A stretch of 64,000 nt of DNA from an uncultured bacterium. Its GTDB lineage: Bacteria > Edwardsbacteria > AC1 > EtOH8. Positions 40,719 to 50,530 of this stretch are shown in pieces. The position numbers and the translations under genes are program-made. The notes under the pieces are model-generated. The model did not search any database. It was given only the letters and a program-made list of their open reading frames with translations, and had not been told where the DNA came from. The first letter of the stretch is position 1. Each line of letters opens with the position of its first letter. The DNA lies in contig CAWAAX010000011.1 in assembly GCA_963780225.1 (NCBI GenBank), positions 1 to 64,000 on the forward strand. Direction: 5' to 3'.

Positions 40719-41243
40719 TCATACTTCTGGCCCGCCGCCATTTTCCCTTCTTTCTATTTCCGTGAATGTGTCACAGTAATCACGTTGAAAACACTGATCG
40801 CAATTTCCGCTGCACCCGTCAAGATGGAACATAAAACCTTTCGGCATCCGGCACATTACCTCTTCATTTAGTCCCTGGTCCAGCAGATAACGATAGGCTT
40901 CGTCAGCGGGCAGTTTGGGGCGGAAGTCAATGCTGATATTGTGATCAGCTAAAATGTTCTGGACGGCGGCCAGTTTTATTTGCAGGTCTCTCCGGCTCAG
41001 TTGTTCAACCGGCGGAAGATCGAATCCTGCCGGAAGCAGACTGCGCAAGGTGCATCGGGGACCATTGTCAGCCTCCTCGTACTCTATCATGTTCGTTAAA
41101 AAGGCTTTTTCAATCGCAGGATCGTCCGTTTTAGGATCAACCGAAATATTATAATCATTGTGAATCTGCTTTTTCAGCAGATAATTATCAATCATAAGAT
41201 CGGCTGTTTTTCCGGTAATATCTTCCGTCTTCTTTTTTCTCAT
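40719..41243 (-). CDS. Hypothetical protein with a C-terminal Cys cluster
   Basis: Open frame downstream of metG; CSGNCDQCFQRDYC. Confidence 0.7.
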   Translation of the reverse strand: MRKKKTEDITGKTADLMIDNYLLKKQIHNDYNISVDPKTDDPAIEKAFLTNMIEYEEADNGPRCTLRSLLPAGFDLPPVEQLSRRDLQIKLAAVQNILADHNISIDFRPKLPADEAYRYLLDQGLNEEVMCRMPKGFMFHLDGCSGNCDQCFQRDYCDTFTEIERRENGGGPEV

Positions 41244-41286
41244 TTTCTCTTCTCGCAACTATAGAAAAAGTTCCGTCGTGCAGAGT

Positions 41287-43260
41287 TTACCGCACCTCCC
41301 CGCCGGTCTCCACTTTGCGCTGAGGATTGAGAATAACCACCCCGTCCTTGTCCTGGGCTGCCAGCAGCATCCCGTGCGACTCCAGCCCCCGGATCTTGGC
41401 CGGCTTCAGGTTGGCCACTATGATCACCTGCTGTCCCACCAGCGATTCCGGGGTATACCACTGGGCTATGCCGGCCAGCACCTGCCGGGTCTCCTCGCCC
41501 AGCTTCACCTGCAGTCGCAGCAGCTTGTCGGCGTTGGGCACCTTCTCGGCGGCGATGATCTCAGCTGTCCGCAGTTTTATCTTTTTGAAATAATCAATGT
41601 CTATCAACTCTTCAACTGGCTTTATGCTGTCAGCTGTACGCTGTACGCTGTCCGCCGCCCCTGGTTTAGCGATTTCACTTTCAGCTTTATTTGTTTCTTC
41701 CGTCATTCGTTTTCTGCCTTCATCTTTCGTTTTTGTGTCTATTCGGGGGAAGAGTGGTTCCCCGGCCGATATCTTCTGCCCCGCCTTCAGCAGTCCCCAC
41801 TCGGAGGCTTTGGCTAGGGTGATGTCCTTCTCCTCCACTCCCAGCCTGGACAGCAGCTCCCGGCACTTGCCCGGCATCACCGGGGATAAAAGGATGCTGG
41901 CTATGCGCAGGGCCTCGGCCGCGTTGTAAAGGATCAGGTTGATCCGCTCTTGGTTGCCTTCCTTGAAAAGCTTCCAGGGCGCGTTGGATTCCACGTAGCG
42001 GTTGGTGGCCCGCACCTGTTCCAGTATCTCCTCCAGCGCCTTGTTGGGCTCCAGGTCATCTATCAGGGTTTTGACCCTGGCCCCCAGTCCCTTGATCCCG
42101 GTTATCAGCTCACCTTCGGAACTTCCCAAAATCGCAACTTCCGGCGTGGCCCCGGCGCAGTAAGAGTCTATCATCTTGAACACCCGGCTGACCAAGTTGC
42201 CGTAATCGTTGGCCAGGTCGGAATTGATCCGCGAGATCAGGGCTTCTTCGGAGAAATTGGCGTCGGCCCCCAGGGTCATCTCCTTCATCAGGAAATAGCG
42301 CAACTGTTCCACCCCGTACTTGTCGGCCATCTCCAGCGGCCGGACCACCGTGCCCTGGGATTTGGACATCTTGGATTCGTCTATCATCCACCAGCCGTGA
42401 GCCAGCACCATCCGCGGCGTCTTGACCCCCATGGCATGGAGCATAGTGGGCCAGTAGACCGAATGGGTGGTCAGAATGTCCTTGCCCAGCAGGTGCAGGG
42501 CCGAGGGCCATAGGTCCTGATATTTCCGGTCGTCAGGGGAATGGTAGCCCAGCGCCGAGATGTAGTTGATCAGAGCGTCAAACCAGACATAGGTCACGTA
42601 CTCGGCGTCAAACGGCAGTTCTATGCCCCAGGCCAGCCGCTTCTTGGGCCGGGAGATGCACAGGTCGTTCAGCGGCTTTTTCAGGAAGCCCAGCACTTCG
42701 TTCTTCCGGGTCTCGGGCCTGATGGTCATCCGGCCGGAGGTTATCTCGTCTATCAGCCATTGCTGGTGCTGGGACATCTTGAAGAAATAGTTCTTCTCGG
42801 TGATCTTGGACACCGGACGCCCGCAGTCCGGGCAGTTGCCGTCCTTGATGTCCTTCTCCGTCCAGAATCTCTCGTCGGGAGTGCAGTACCAGCCGTCGTA
42901 TTCGGCCGGGTAGATCTGCCCTTGGTCGTAAAGTTCCTGCAGCACCTTCTGGACCACCGCCTGGTGGCGGGTTTCGGTAGTGCGAATGAAGTCGTCGTTG
43001 GTTATCTCCAGCTTCTCCCACAGCCCGGTAAAGCGGGCGCTCATCTGGTCGCAGTGTTCCTGCGGGGAAACGCCGCGCTTGGCGGCGGCCTCCTGCACCT
43101 TCTGGCCGTGCTCGTCCAGTCCGGTCAGGAAAAAGGTCTGGTCGCCGAACAGACGGTGGTACCGGGACAGCACGTCCGCCAGGATGGTGGTGTAGGCGTG
43201 CCCGATATGCGGCTCGTCGTTGACGTAGTAGATTGGCGTGGTTACGTAGAACTTGCTCAT
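41287..43260 (-). CDS. metG: Methionine--tRNA ligase with a C-terminal tRNA-binding domain
   Basis: HIGH; GLDEHGQK; YVWFDAL; KMSKS; NLKPAKIRG.ESHGM. Confidence 0.97.
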   Translation of the reverse strand: MSKFYVTTPIYYVNDEPHIGHAYTTILADVLSRYHRLFGDQTFFLTGLDEHGQKVQEAAAKRGVSPQEHCDQMSARFTGLWEKLEITNDDFIRTTETRHQAVVQKVLQELYDQGQIYPAEYDGWYCTPDERFWTEKDIKDGNCPDCGRPVSKITEKNYFFKMSQHQQWLIDEITSGRMTIRPETRKNEVLGFLKKPLNDLCISRPKKRLAWGIELPFDAEYVTYVWFDALINYISALGYHSPDDRKYQDLWPSALHLLGKDILTTHSVYWPTMLHAMGVKTPRMVLAHGWWMIDESKMSKSQGTVVRPLEMADKYGVEQLRYFLMKEMTLGADANFSEEALISRINSDLANDYGNLVSRVFKMIDSYCAGATPEVAILGSSEGELITGIKGLGARVKTLIDDLEPNKALEEILEQVRATNRYVESNAPWKLFKEGNQERINLILYNAAEALRIASILLSPVMPGKCRELLSRLGVEEKDITLAKASEWGLLKAGQKISAGEPLFPRIDTKTKDEGRKRMTEETNKAESEIAKPGAADSVQRTADSIKPVEELIDIDYFKKIKLRTAEIIAAEKVPNADKLLRLQVKLGEETRQVLAGIAQWYTPESLVGQQVIIVANLKPAKIRGLESHGMLLAAQDKDGVVILNPQRKVETGGEVR

Positions 43261-44048
43261 TTCTTGGAAACCTCCGCTACCTCGAATTCCCCGTGGCCTT
43301 CCTCAAACCGCACCGACACTTTTTGCTTGAAGATGTCCACCTTGTAGACCGTGCCCGGTCCCTTGGGGGTGATGACCACCGAACCCACCCGGGGCATGCT
43401 GCGGTGGGCCTCTTCGTAGTAGCGATCCTCGTAGGTCAGGCAGCACATCAGGCGGCCGCACAGCCCCAGCATCTTGTTGGAGGTGGTGGACAGGTTCTGC
43501 TCTTTGGCCATCTTCAGGGTCACCGGCTCAAACTCGTTAAGCCAGGCCACGCAGCACAGCTGGCGGCCGCACAGCCCCAGCCCGCCCACCCGCCGGGCCT
43601 CGTCCCTCACCCCTATCTGGTGCATCTCGATCCGGCCCTTGAACATGGCGGCCAGGTCCCGCACCAATGACCGGAAGTCCACCCGCTTTTCGGCGGTGAA
43701 GTAGAAGGTCAGTTTTGATCCGTCGAACTTGGCCTCCACGTCCACCAGGGTCATCTGCAGGCCGTGCCGGTGGATCAGGTCCAGGCAGGCCTGGTAGGAC
43801 TCGGTCTCGCGCTTGCGGTTGGCCTGGAACTTTACTATGTCCTCCTCCACCGCCTTGCGCAGCACTTCTCCGGCCGCCTTGAATTTTTCCTTGAGGATGG
43901 CCCGCTCGCCCTCCACCGCCCCCAGCTCCTCGCCGTTGTCGGTGGTGACGATCACCATTTCTCCCGGGACCAGGCTGTAGGCCTGGGGATTAAGGTAATA
44001 TTTGGAACGCGCTTCCTTGAAGCGCACCATTATCAGGTTTTCGCTCAT
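43257..44048 (-). CDS. ricT: PSP1/RicT (YaaT) family protein
   Basis: RVDFRSLV; QIGVRDEA; GLCGRQLCC; CGRLMCCL.YE. Confidence 0.92.
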   Translation of the reverse strand: MSENLIMVRFKEARSKYYLNPQAYSLVPGEMVIVTTDNGEELGAVEGERAILKEKFKAAGEVLRKAVEEDIVKFQANRKRETESYQACLDLIHRHGLQMTLVDVEAKFDGSKLTFYFTAEKRVDFRSLVRDLAAMFKGRIEMHQIGVRDEARRVGGLGLCGRQLCCVAWLNEFEPVTLKMAKEQNLSTTSNKMLGLCGRLMCCLTYEDRYYEEAHRSMPRVGSVVITPKGPGTVYKVDIFKQKVSVRFEEGHGEFEVAEVSKK

Positions 44049-45952
44049 AGCTCCTCTTTTATGATGTCGGGACTGCAGGCGGCCATCAGGCACAGCCTGG
44101 GTGTTACGTTTCGGTTCAGGGCCGTCCGGGCCAGTTCCATGTTGGCGGTGATCCGGTTCAGCTGCGGTTCGGTCAGCAGCCGGGCCAGGGATAAAATTTC
44201 CGGCGAGGCCTGGGGTTCGGGGTGCAGGGCCTCCAGCGCTATGGCCGACATCAGCTCCAGCACCCTCTGTGGGCGGCCCTTTTCGCCGGTGGCCAGGTCT
44301 ATGGCCTCCATCATCTCGGCGTATCTCTTTTCCAGCCCGGCCCGCAAAAGGTCCCCGGCCATCCGCCTCTCCTCCAGCAGGTCCAGGTCCATCATCTCCA
44401 GGGCCTGGCCCAAACTTCCCTGGCTAAGGGAGGCCAGCATTTTGGCCTGGGCCGGGTCCAGTCCGTGGCGCTCTTCCAGGTTTTGGATCACCGCCGCCCG
44501 GTCCAGCCGCATGAAGCGGATCTTCTGGCAGCGGGAGAGGATGGTTGAAAGCAGGGCGTTGGGCTTGTCGCAGACCAGGATGAAATTGGTAGTGGGGGAC
44601 GGTTCCTCCAGGGTTTTTAAGAAGGCGTTGGCCGCCTCGGTGGTCATGGCCTCGGGCTTTACAATGATCACCACCTTCTTTTTCCCCTGATAGGGCTGGA
44701 GCGAAAGTTTGGCTTGCAGGGCCCTGATGTCATCTATGGTGATGGCCACCGGCCGGTCGAAATCCAGCGACAGGTATGGCTTTTCGGCCTTTTGGGCCAG
44801 CAGCTCGGCTATCTCCTCGGCCAGTTTTTTCTTGTCGCTCTCGCCGGAGGGATGGGGCACGGGAAAGACGTAGTGCAGGTCCGGGTGATTGAAACTGACT
44901 GTCTTCTGGCATTGGCTGCACGCGCCGCAGGGAGCCTCCACCCCGGTGCAGTTAAGGGCCTGGGCCAGCTCAAAGGCCGCCATCTCCTTGCCCACCCCGG
45001 AAGGGCCGTAGAACAGATAGCTCTGGGCCAGCCGGTTTTCCTCAAAGGACCGGCGCAGTATCTTCTTGGCCAGGGCCTCCAGCGCTATGGCCGACATCAG
45101 CTCCAGCACCCGCTGGGGACGGCCCTTTTCGCCGGTGGCCAGGTCTATGGCCTCCATCATCTCGGCGTATCTCTTTTCCAGCCCGGCCCGCAAAAGGTCC
45201 CCGGCCATCCGGCGCTCCTCCAGCAGGTCCAGGTCCATCATCTCCAGGGCCTGCCCCAGACTGCCCTGGCTAAGGGAGGCCAGCATTTTGGCCTGGGCCG
45301 GGTCCAGTCCGTGGCGCTCTTCCAGGTTTTGGATCACCGCCGCCTGGTCCAGCCGCATGAAGCGGATCTTCTGGCAGCGGGAGAGGATGGTGGAAAGCAG
45401 GGCGTTGGGCTTGTCGCAGACCAGGATGAAATTGGTGGTGGGGGACGGCTCCTCCAGGGTTTTTAAGAAGGCGTTGGCCGCCTCGGTGGTCATGGCCTCG
45501 GGCTTTACAATGATCACCACCTTCTTTTTCCCCTGATAGGGCTGGAGCGAAAGTTTGGCTTGCAGGGCCCTGATGTCATCTATGGTGATGGCCACCGGCC
45601 GGTCGAAATCCAGCGACAGGTATGGCTTTTCGGCCTTTTGGGCCAGCAGCTCGGCGATCTCCTCGGCCAGTTTTTTCTTGTCGCTCTCGCTGGAGGGATG
45701 GGGCACGGGAAAGACGTAGTGCAGGTCGGGATGGTTGAACTCCACCGTCTTTTGGCATTGGCTGCACGCGCCGCAGGGAGCCTCCACCCCGGTGCAGTTA
45801 AGGGCCTGGGCCAGCTCAAAGGCCGCCATCTCCTTGCCCACCCCGGAAGGGCCGTAGAACAGATAGCTCTGGGCCAGCCGGTTTTCCTCAAAGGACCGGC
45901 GCAGTATTTTCTTGGCCACTTCCTGGCCTATCATGTCTGGAAAACAGTTCAC
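44045..45952 (-). CDS. holB: DNA polymerase III delta' subunit with an internal in-frame tandem duplication
   Basis: YLFYGPSGVGK, CGACSQC, HPD, ANAFLKTLEEP and TILSRCQ each occur twice. Confidence 0.9.
   Translation of the reverse strand: MNCFPDMIGQEVAKKILRRSFEENRLAQSYLFYGPSGVGKEMAAFELAQALNCTGVEAPCGACSQCQKTVEFNHPDLHYVFPVPHPSSESDKKKLAEEIAELLAQKAEKPYLSLDFDRPVAITIDDIRALQAKLSLQPYQGKKKVVIIVKPEAMTTEAANAFLKTLEEPSPTTNFILVCDKPNALLSTILSRCQKIRFMRLDQAAVIQNLEERHGLDPAQAKMLASLSQGSLGQALEMMDLDLLEERRMAGDLLRAGLEKRYAEMMEAIDLATGEKGRPQRVLELMSAIALEALAKKILRRSFEENRLAQSYLFYGPSGVGKEMAAFELAQALNCTGVEAPCGACSQCQKTVSFNHPDLHYVFPVPHPSGESDKKKLAEEIAELLAQKAEKPYLSLDFDRPVAITIDDIRALQAKLSLQPYQGKKKVVIIVKPEAMTTEAANAFLKTLEEPSPTTNFILVCDKPNALLSTILSRCQKIRFMRLDRAAVIQNLEERHGLDPAQAKMLASLSQGSLGQALEMMDLDLLEERRMAGDLLRAGLEKRYAEMMEAIDLATGEKGRPQRVLELMSAIALEALHPEPQASPEILSLARLLTEPQLNRITANMELARTALNRNVTPRLCLMAACSPDIIKEEL
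44225..45916. repeat. Direct tandem repeat, 2 x 846 bp
   Basis: 44225-45070 versus 45071-45916; about 24 substitutions by manual count. Confidence 0.95.
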
Positions 45953-46175
45953 AAAAATTTAAACATAGATCACAATCTATAAATTTCCTGAGTTCCATGG
46001 ATTCCCGATAAACGAAAGGATCTATTCGAATCGCCTAGGCGGTCTAAACAAATTCAAATCAACAAATTTCATAAAACCAAACTGTTCATTGATCAAGTCA
46101 TTTGGGACATTGCTATTGATAGTATTTAGAACGGCTTTATCATTTCGATCCCTGTTTCCTAGGCCAAATTTGGCA

Positions 46176-48059
46176 TTAGGCTGTGCTTGGAATTGCCTTA
46201 GGTTTCCTGTTTAGAGATGCTTGGTCGGGCTTGGGCGTTTCCTTCTTCACCGGGGCCGGTGTTTTCTTGTCCTTTACCGCAGCCGCTTCATCCAATCCCA
46301 CCGTCTGCCGGTTCTTGATGGTCATCATCTTGGCCTTGGGCTGGGCCCCGAACCGCCCGAAGCTTCCCTGGCCCGAGAGCTTCAGTCCGGTGAAATCCCC
46401 GCTGGTCAGATAGGTCCTCAGTTCCTGGCGGGAGGCCGGGTTCTTTTGCAGGGCGGCGATCATGATCCTGGCGGCATCGTAGCCCTGGGCGGCCTGCTTG
46501 GAGGGCGGTTTGCCGTAGCGCTTCTTAAAGCGCTCTTCAAAGGCGGCCGAAGCCTGGGCCAGCTCCGAGCTCTCCGAAAGCACCGCGAAGATGGCCCCCT
46601 CCACGTAAACATCCCCCTGGGCCGCCACCTTAGGATCTCCCCAGGATTCCGGACCCAATAGCTGGAGCTTCACCTGGTTATAAGCCAGCTGGGGCGCGAT
46701 CATCACGATGTCCGAGGGCGAGGCCGGCAGGAACAACGCGTCCACCTTCACCAGCCGCAGCTGGTCGATCTGGGCCTTGAAGTCGGTGGTGCCGGGAGTG
46801 TAGGCCTGGGCATAGACCATCTTGGCCCCCAGTTTGGCGGCTTCCTTGGCAAAGGCCTGAGCCACCGATTCCCAAGCGCCCTCGTCGGGATACAGCATGG
46901 CCAGCGTCTTAAAGCCCCGGGCTTTCACCGCATACTGGGCCACCGCCGGCCCCTGCCAGCTTAAGCTGGGGTTCAGCTGAAAGATGTTGGGACCGATGGT
47001 TGATATCCGGTCGTCGGTGGCGGTGGGCGAAAGCAGGGGAACGCCCAGCACATCGGCCACCCCGGCCGCAGCGATGGTGGCTCCGGAAAGGACGTCTCCG
47101 ATCAGCCCCATCACTTTAGAGGAGTCAGCCAGAAAGCGAGCTTGCTTGACCGCATCGATGGGATCGCCCTTGGAATCGGCCGCCACCAATTTGAATTTTT
47201 CCGCAACCTTCTGGTTATATTCCTCAAAGGCCAGTTCCACCCCGTTCTGAACCGCCTGCCCGAATTCCCCGTATTTGCCGGTTAAGGGCGCCAGCAGGCC
47301 TATCTTTTTTTCCACCGGGAGGCTGAGGATCATTCCGTTGTTCTCGATAAGCTGTGACAACAGCAAGTTGGCGGTTCCGGCCTCTCCGCTGGCGGGATAT
47401 TTTTTACTGAGGTCCGTCAGAAGTTTTTTAGCCTCGGAAATGTTTTTAGCCTCCAGCTCCATCTTGCATAACCTGAGGCCCATGGCCGGGGCTGTCTCCG
47501 ACTGGGCATATGTTTTGTAGAGGATCCGCAGTTCGCCCGAGGACAGTTTTTCGTTGATCAGCACCAGCAGCGGCAGCCTTATGGTCTCGCGGTCTTCCGG
47601 GGCTTTGGCCTTGGCCATGCCCTCCAGGAATTGCTGACCGGCCTTGACGTAATCCCCGTTCCCGTCATAGCAGTCGCCCAGCACTTTCTTGGTCTTGGCC
47701 CAAAAATCGGAATCGGGATATTTTTCGGTCAGCTTAAATCCGCTCTGCAGGGCCAGGTCGGTCTGTTTCAGTTCATAGCGGTACAGGGCCGTTAGATAGA
47801 GAGCCTCCGCGGCTGATGGCGTTTCGGGATGTTTGGCCAAAAGCTGCTGCAGGGTTTCCACTGCCTCGGCCGGCTTGCGCTCGGAGTATTGAGTTTGGGC
47901 CTTTTCCAGCAGAGCGGCGGCCTCGGCCTCTTTTTTCAGCCGCAGTTCCTCCCTGGCCTTCTGGTCCTGGGAGACCGGGGATTTCTTGTCCACCGCCGGC
48001 TGCAGTGTAGCACAGGAAGCCGCCAAAAGACAAAGCAATATAACGCCGTATTTTTTCAT
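46176..48059 (-). CDS. TPR + periplasmic-binding-fold lipoprotein (LpoA/LppC-like)
   Basis: Lipobox AASC; BamD-like TPRs; IGLLAPLTG; AAQGYDA. Confidence 0.8.
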   Translation of the reverse strand: MKKYGVILLCLLAASCATLQPAVDKKSPVSQDQKAREELRLKKEAEAAALLEKAQTQYSERKPAEAVETLQQLLAKHPETPSAAEALYLTALYRYELKQTDLALQSGFKLTEKYPDSDFWAKTKKVLGDCYDGNGDYVKAGQQFLEGMAKAKAPEDRETIRLPLLVLINEKLSSGELRILYKTYAQSETAPAMGLRLCKMELEAKNISEAKKLLTDLSKKYPASGEAGTANLLLSQLIENNGMILSLPVEKKIGLLAPLTGKYGEFGQAVQNGVELAFEEYNQKVAEKFKLVAADSKGDPIDAVKQARFLADSSKVMGLIGDVLSGATIAAAGVADVLGVPLLSPTATDDRISTIGPNIFQLNPSLSWQGPAVAQYAVKARGFKTLAMLYPDEGAWESVAQAFAKEAAKLGAKMVYAQAYTPGTTDFKAQIDQLRLVKVDALFLPASPSDIVMIAPQLAYNQVKLQLLGPESWGDPKVAAQGDVYVEGAIFAVLSESSELAQASAAFEERFKKRYGKPPSKQAAQGYDAARIMIAALQKNPASRQELRTYLTSGDFTGLKLSGQGSFGRFGAQPKAKMMTIKNRQTVGLDEAAAVKDKKTPAPVKKETPKPDQASLNRKPKAIPSTA

Positions 48060-48125
48060 TTTATGCACCTAAAATGATATTTTTTGTGACTGGTTAAAGC
48101 CCACTGCCCCATCATATAAACTGTA

Positions 48126-48154
48126 AGTATAGCAAGCAATTAGGACCCTGTCAA
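48126..48154 (-). promoter_or_regulatory. Sigma70 promoter with extended -10
   Basis: TTGACA-17-TATACT, with TG one base upstream of the -10. Confidence 0.65.
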
Positions 48155-48158
48155 CAAC

Positions 48159-48188
48159 AAAAAAACCGGCCCGGCCGGTTTTCTTTTC
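48159..48188 (-). terminator. Intrinsic terminator
   Basis: AAAAAAACCGGC-CCG-GCCGGTTTT. Confidence 0.65.
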
Positions 48189-48274
48189 TCAAGAATATTC
48201 ACGTTTTACACTTCACCATTCACGACCAACAATGAATCATCATGGTGTCACAATGTCATAATGTCAATAAATCG

Positions 48275-49012
48275 CTATTTTGTCCCGACCGCCCAGCGCA
48301 CCGGCATGAACACCTTTCTCTTTTTCTCCGCCACCGCCTGAAGATCCTTCTGTTTCAAAGCTTCCAGCCTCTTCCCAAAGCCGCATAGATGCTCGATGAA
48401 TTCCCATTCCCGGTCAAACTGCTTCCTGTACTCCCGCCAGTCCCAACAGCCCTCCTGCCGCCCGGCCTCTGTTTTGAACCCGGCTTTGGTCATTAGATCT
48501 TCGAGTTTTCCGGCCAGGCCCGGATCCGCTCCCTGCTTGGCCAGTGTCCCTAAAATCAAATCCCTTATCCCTCCCAGCTCCATCGGCTCATCAATGCGGC
48601 CCATATAGTCCGGCTCGCACAGGCTGGCCAGCTGCCCGCCTTTTTTTAGTACCCGGCGGGCCTCGGACAGAACGGCTTTAGGATCTTTTTGCCACAGCCA
48701 AAAGTAATGGGTAACGATCAGGTCAAAAGAGTTTTCCGGAAAGGGAAGCTTTTCGGCTCGGGCCGTCCTGAAGTCTATGCCTGGATATTGGGCTTTGGCC
48801 AGGGCTGTCATTTTGGGGTCGGCCTCTATGCCGCAAAGCCGGGCATCGGTGCGTTCCGAGATCTCGCTTAGAATGACCCCGCTGCCCGCGCCCAGTTCCA
48901 GGATGTTCTTCTTCCCGGCCAGACGGACCTTGCGATAGAGAAAAAGCCGCAGGGCCTTGGTCCATGCGGCTTGCCTCTGATACTGGTTATGCAGAAACAG
49001 TGCTTCTTTCAT
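48275..49012 (-). CDS. Class I SAM-dependent methyltransferase
   Basis: ILELGAGSG; AEKLPFPENSFDLI; RVLKKGG. Confidence 0.88.
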   Translation of the reverse strand: MKEALFLHNQYQRQAAWTKALRLFLYRKVRLAGKKNILELGAGSGVILSEISERTDARLCGIEADPKMTALAKAQYPGIDFRTARAEKLPFPENSFDLIVTHYFWLWQKDPKAVLSEARRVLKKGGQLASLCEPDYMGRIDEPMELGGIRDLILGTLAKQGADPGLAGKLEDLMTKAGFKTEAGRQEGCWDWREYRKQFDREWEFIEHLCGFGKRLEALKQKDLQAVAEKKRKVFMPVRWAVGTK

Positions 49013-49020
49013 GCTATGGT

Positions 49021-49110
49021 GTCATCCTGAGACCTGCCCTGAGCCGCCGGGCTAAGCGGGCCGAAGCCCCTGTCGAAGGGCCAGCACCTTGCCTCACTAA
49101 CCGAAGGATC
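49021..49110. repeat. Nested family B palindromes (GTCATCCTGAG...GTCGAAGG)
   Basis: Two CCTGAG starts and three CGAAG ends, interleaved. Confidence 0.6.
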
Positions 49111-49168
49111 GGCCCTGTTATGGATGCTCGAAGATACAGGGATGCACTTACGATTCACGATTCACACT

Positions 49169-49756
49169 TTACGGGTTGATCACCCGCCACATGAAGATCC
49201 CCACCACCACCAACAGGGTAATGCACAATGTCTGCAGGGTGCGGCGCTCGGCCCGGAAAGCGGCTTTGGTGTCGCCCTTCTCCGGGAAGCGCGGGCCGAA
49301 GTGGCTGAACCGCGGCAGCCAGCGCGGGACCTTTTGGCAATACTCCTTGTACTCCGTCCCCAGCTTGCCGGCCAGGGTCTCCTCCTCCAGCGCCACGATG
49401 AACACGTACTGCAAAAAGAAGGCGCCGATGAAGACCAGTATCATCCAGGGCATCCAGGGCCAGGCGGCCAGGCACACGCCCAGCGAGACCAGGAAATTCC
49501 CCACGTAGAGCGGGTTGCGGACAAAGCCGAATGGCCCGCCGGTGATCAGCCGGCCCACGTCCGGGGAAAGGGTGCGGGTGCTGCCGCCGGCATAGGACAG
49601 CGCCCAGATCCGTACGGCCTCGCCTGCAAATGTGACCGCGATGCCCAGGGCCAGAGACCACCATGTGGGTCTGGCGAAATAGAGGGCCGCTAAAAGCAGC
49701 GGGATGGGCGTGTAGCTGCGCCACTTGAAGAACAGGTTGCCGAGTGTTTTTTTCAA
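49169..49756 (-). CDS. Isoprenylcysteine/phospholipid methyltransferase family membrane protein
   Basis: LITGGPFGFVRNPLYVG; EEETL; Y..YCQKVPRW. Confidence 0.88.
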   Translation of the reverse strand: MKKTLGNLFFKWRSYTPIPLLLAALYFARPTWWSLALGIAVTFAGEAVRIWALSYAGGSTRTLSPDVGRLITGGPFGFVRNPLYVGNFLVSLGVCLAAWPWMPWMILVFIGAFFLQYVFIVALEEETLAGKLGTEYKEYCQKVPRWLPRFSHFGPRFPEKGDTKAAFRAERRTLQTLCITLLVVVGIFMWRVINP

Positions 49757-49787
49757 GGTGTTTCTCCGTTTTTATGTGTCTTGTTTA

Positions 49788-50006
49788 GTCGCGTTAAAAG
49801 CATCAGTGAGCATCGCAGTTGATGACGGAAAAAGCTTGTCTGCATGTTTGAGGGCTTGGCCAAAGCCCGAGTTCAGACAAGCCCGTCAGCAAAGAGAAGC
49901 GCAGCGCCCGGATGGTTTTAAGCGACGAGCTTTTTTCTTTTTGGTTCTTTTTCTTAGTTGGCGGCACAAAAAAGAAAAAGAACATAACCGGGATGTATCC
50001 GCATTT
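49788..50006 (-). repeat. Structured dispersed element, copy 2
   Basis: Reverse-complement homolog of 5749-6001 without the insertion. Confidence 0.85.
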
Positions 50007-50514
50007 ATAATTCCTTTATCATCATCAAACACAGATCATCGTCCAACTTCACATCCTGCCCCGGCTCAAGCTCCCGGTCATTATAACATATCCCTTTCCC
50101 GTCCGGAATATATCCCCGCTTTACATACATGATCTGGGCTTTCCCGTAATCATTATACAGCCCGACCCCCAGGCCGGAATATTTCGATCTTTTTGATATT
50201 CTTTTTTCCGCTTCATCCATCAGCTTTGTAGCGATCCCCCGATGCTGGTGCTTTTTAAGCACGTTCAGGTCCTTTATTTCGGGTATGCCTTTGTTACGGA
50301 AAGCGTCATATTTGGTTTCCCAAACGATGGTTAAGTATCCGGCATATTCACCCTTGAACTCTGCAATTATTACTGCCCTTTTCCCGTCATTCTGTTCCTG
50401 GAAATACCCGGCATACGGCTCTACCGGCTTATCCCAACCCTGCGCGGCAAAGCCGGCTGAGATCAATTGGCAATCGGTTTCAATCATGTCCCTTAATGTG
50501 ATTTCCTGCCCCAT
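50005..50514 (-). CDS. GNAT N-acetyltransferase
   Basis: QHRGIATKLM; GLGVGL..DYG.AQ.MYVKRGY. Confidence 0.88.
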   Translation of the reverse strand: MGQEITLRDMIETDCQLISAGFAAQGWDKPVEPYAGYFQEQNDGKRAVIIAEFKGEYAGYLTIVWETKYDAFRNKGIPEIKDLNVLKKHQHRGIATKLMDEAEKRISKRSKYSGLGVGLYNDYGKAQIMYVKRGYIPDGKGICYNDRELEPGQDVKLDDDLCLMMIKEL

Positions 50515-50530
50515 AATGCTCTCCAATTTA

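Noticed and set aside
49725..50132. ORFs overlapping the structured element (49725-50132 and 49803-49985)
   Set aside because: Low-complexity translations of the repeat; the other copy carries indels that break these frames.
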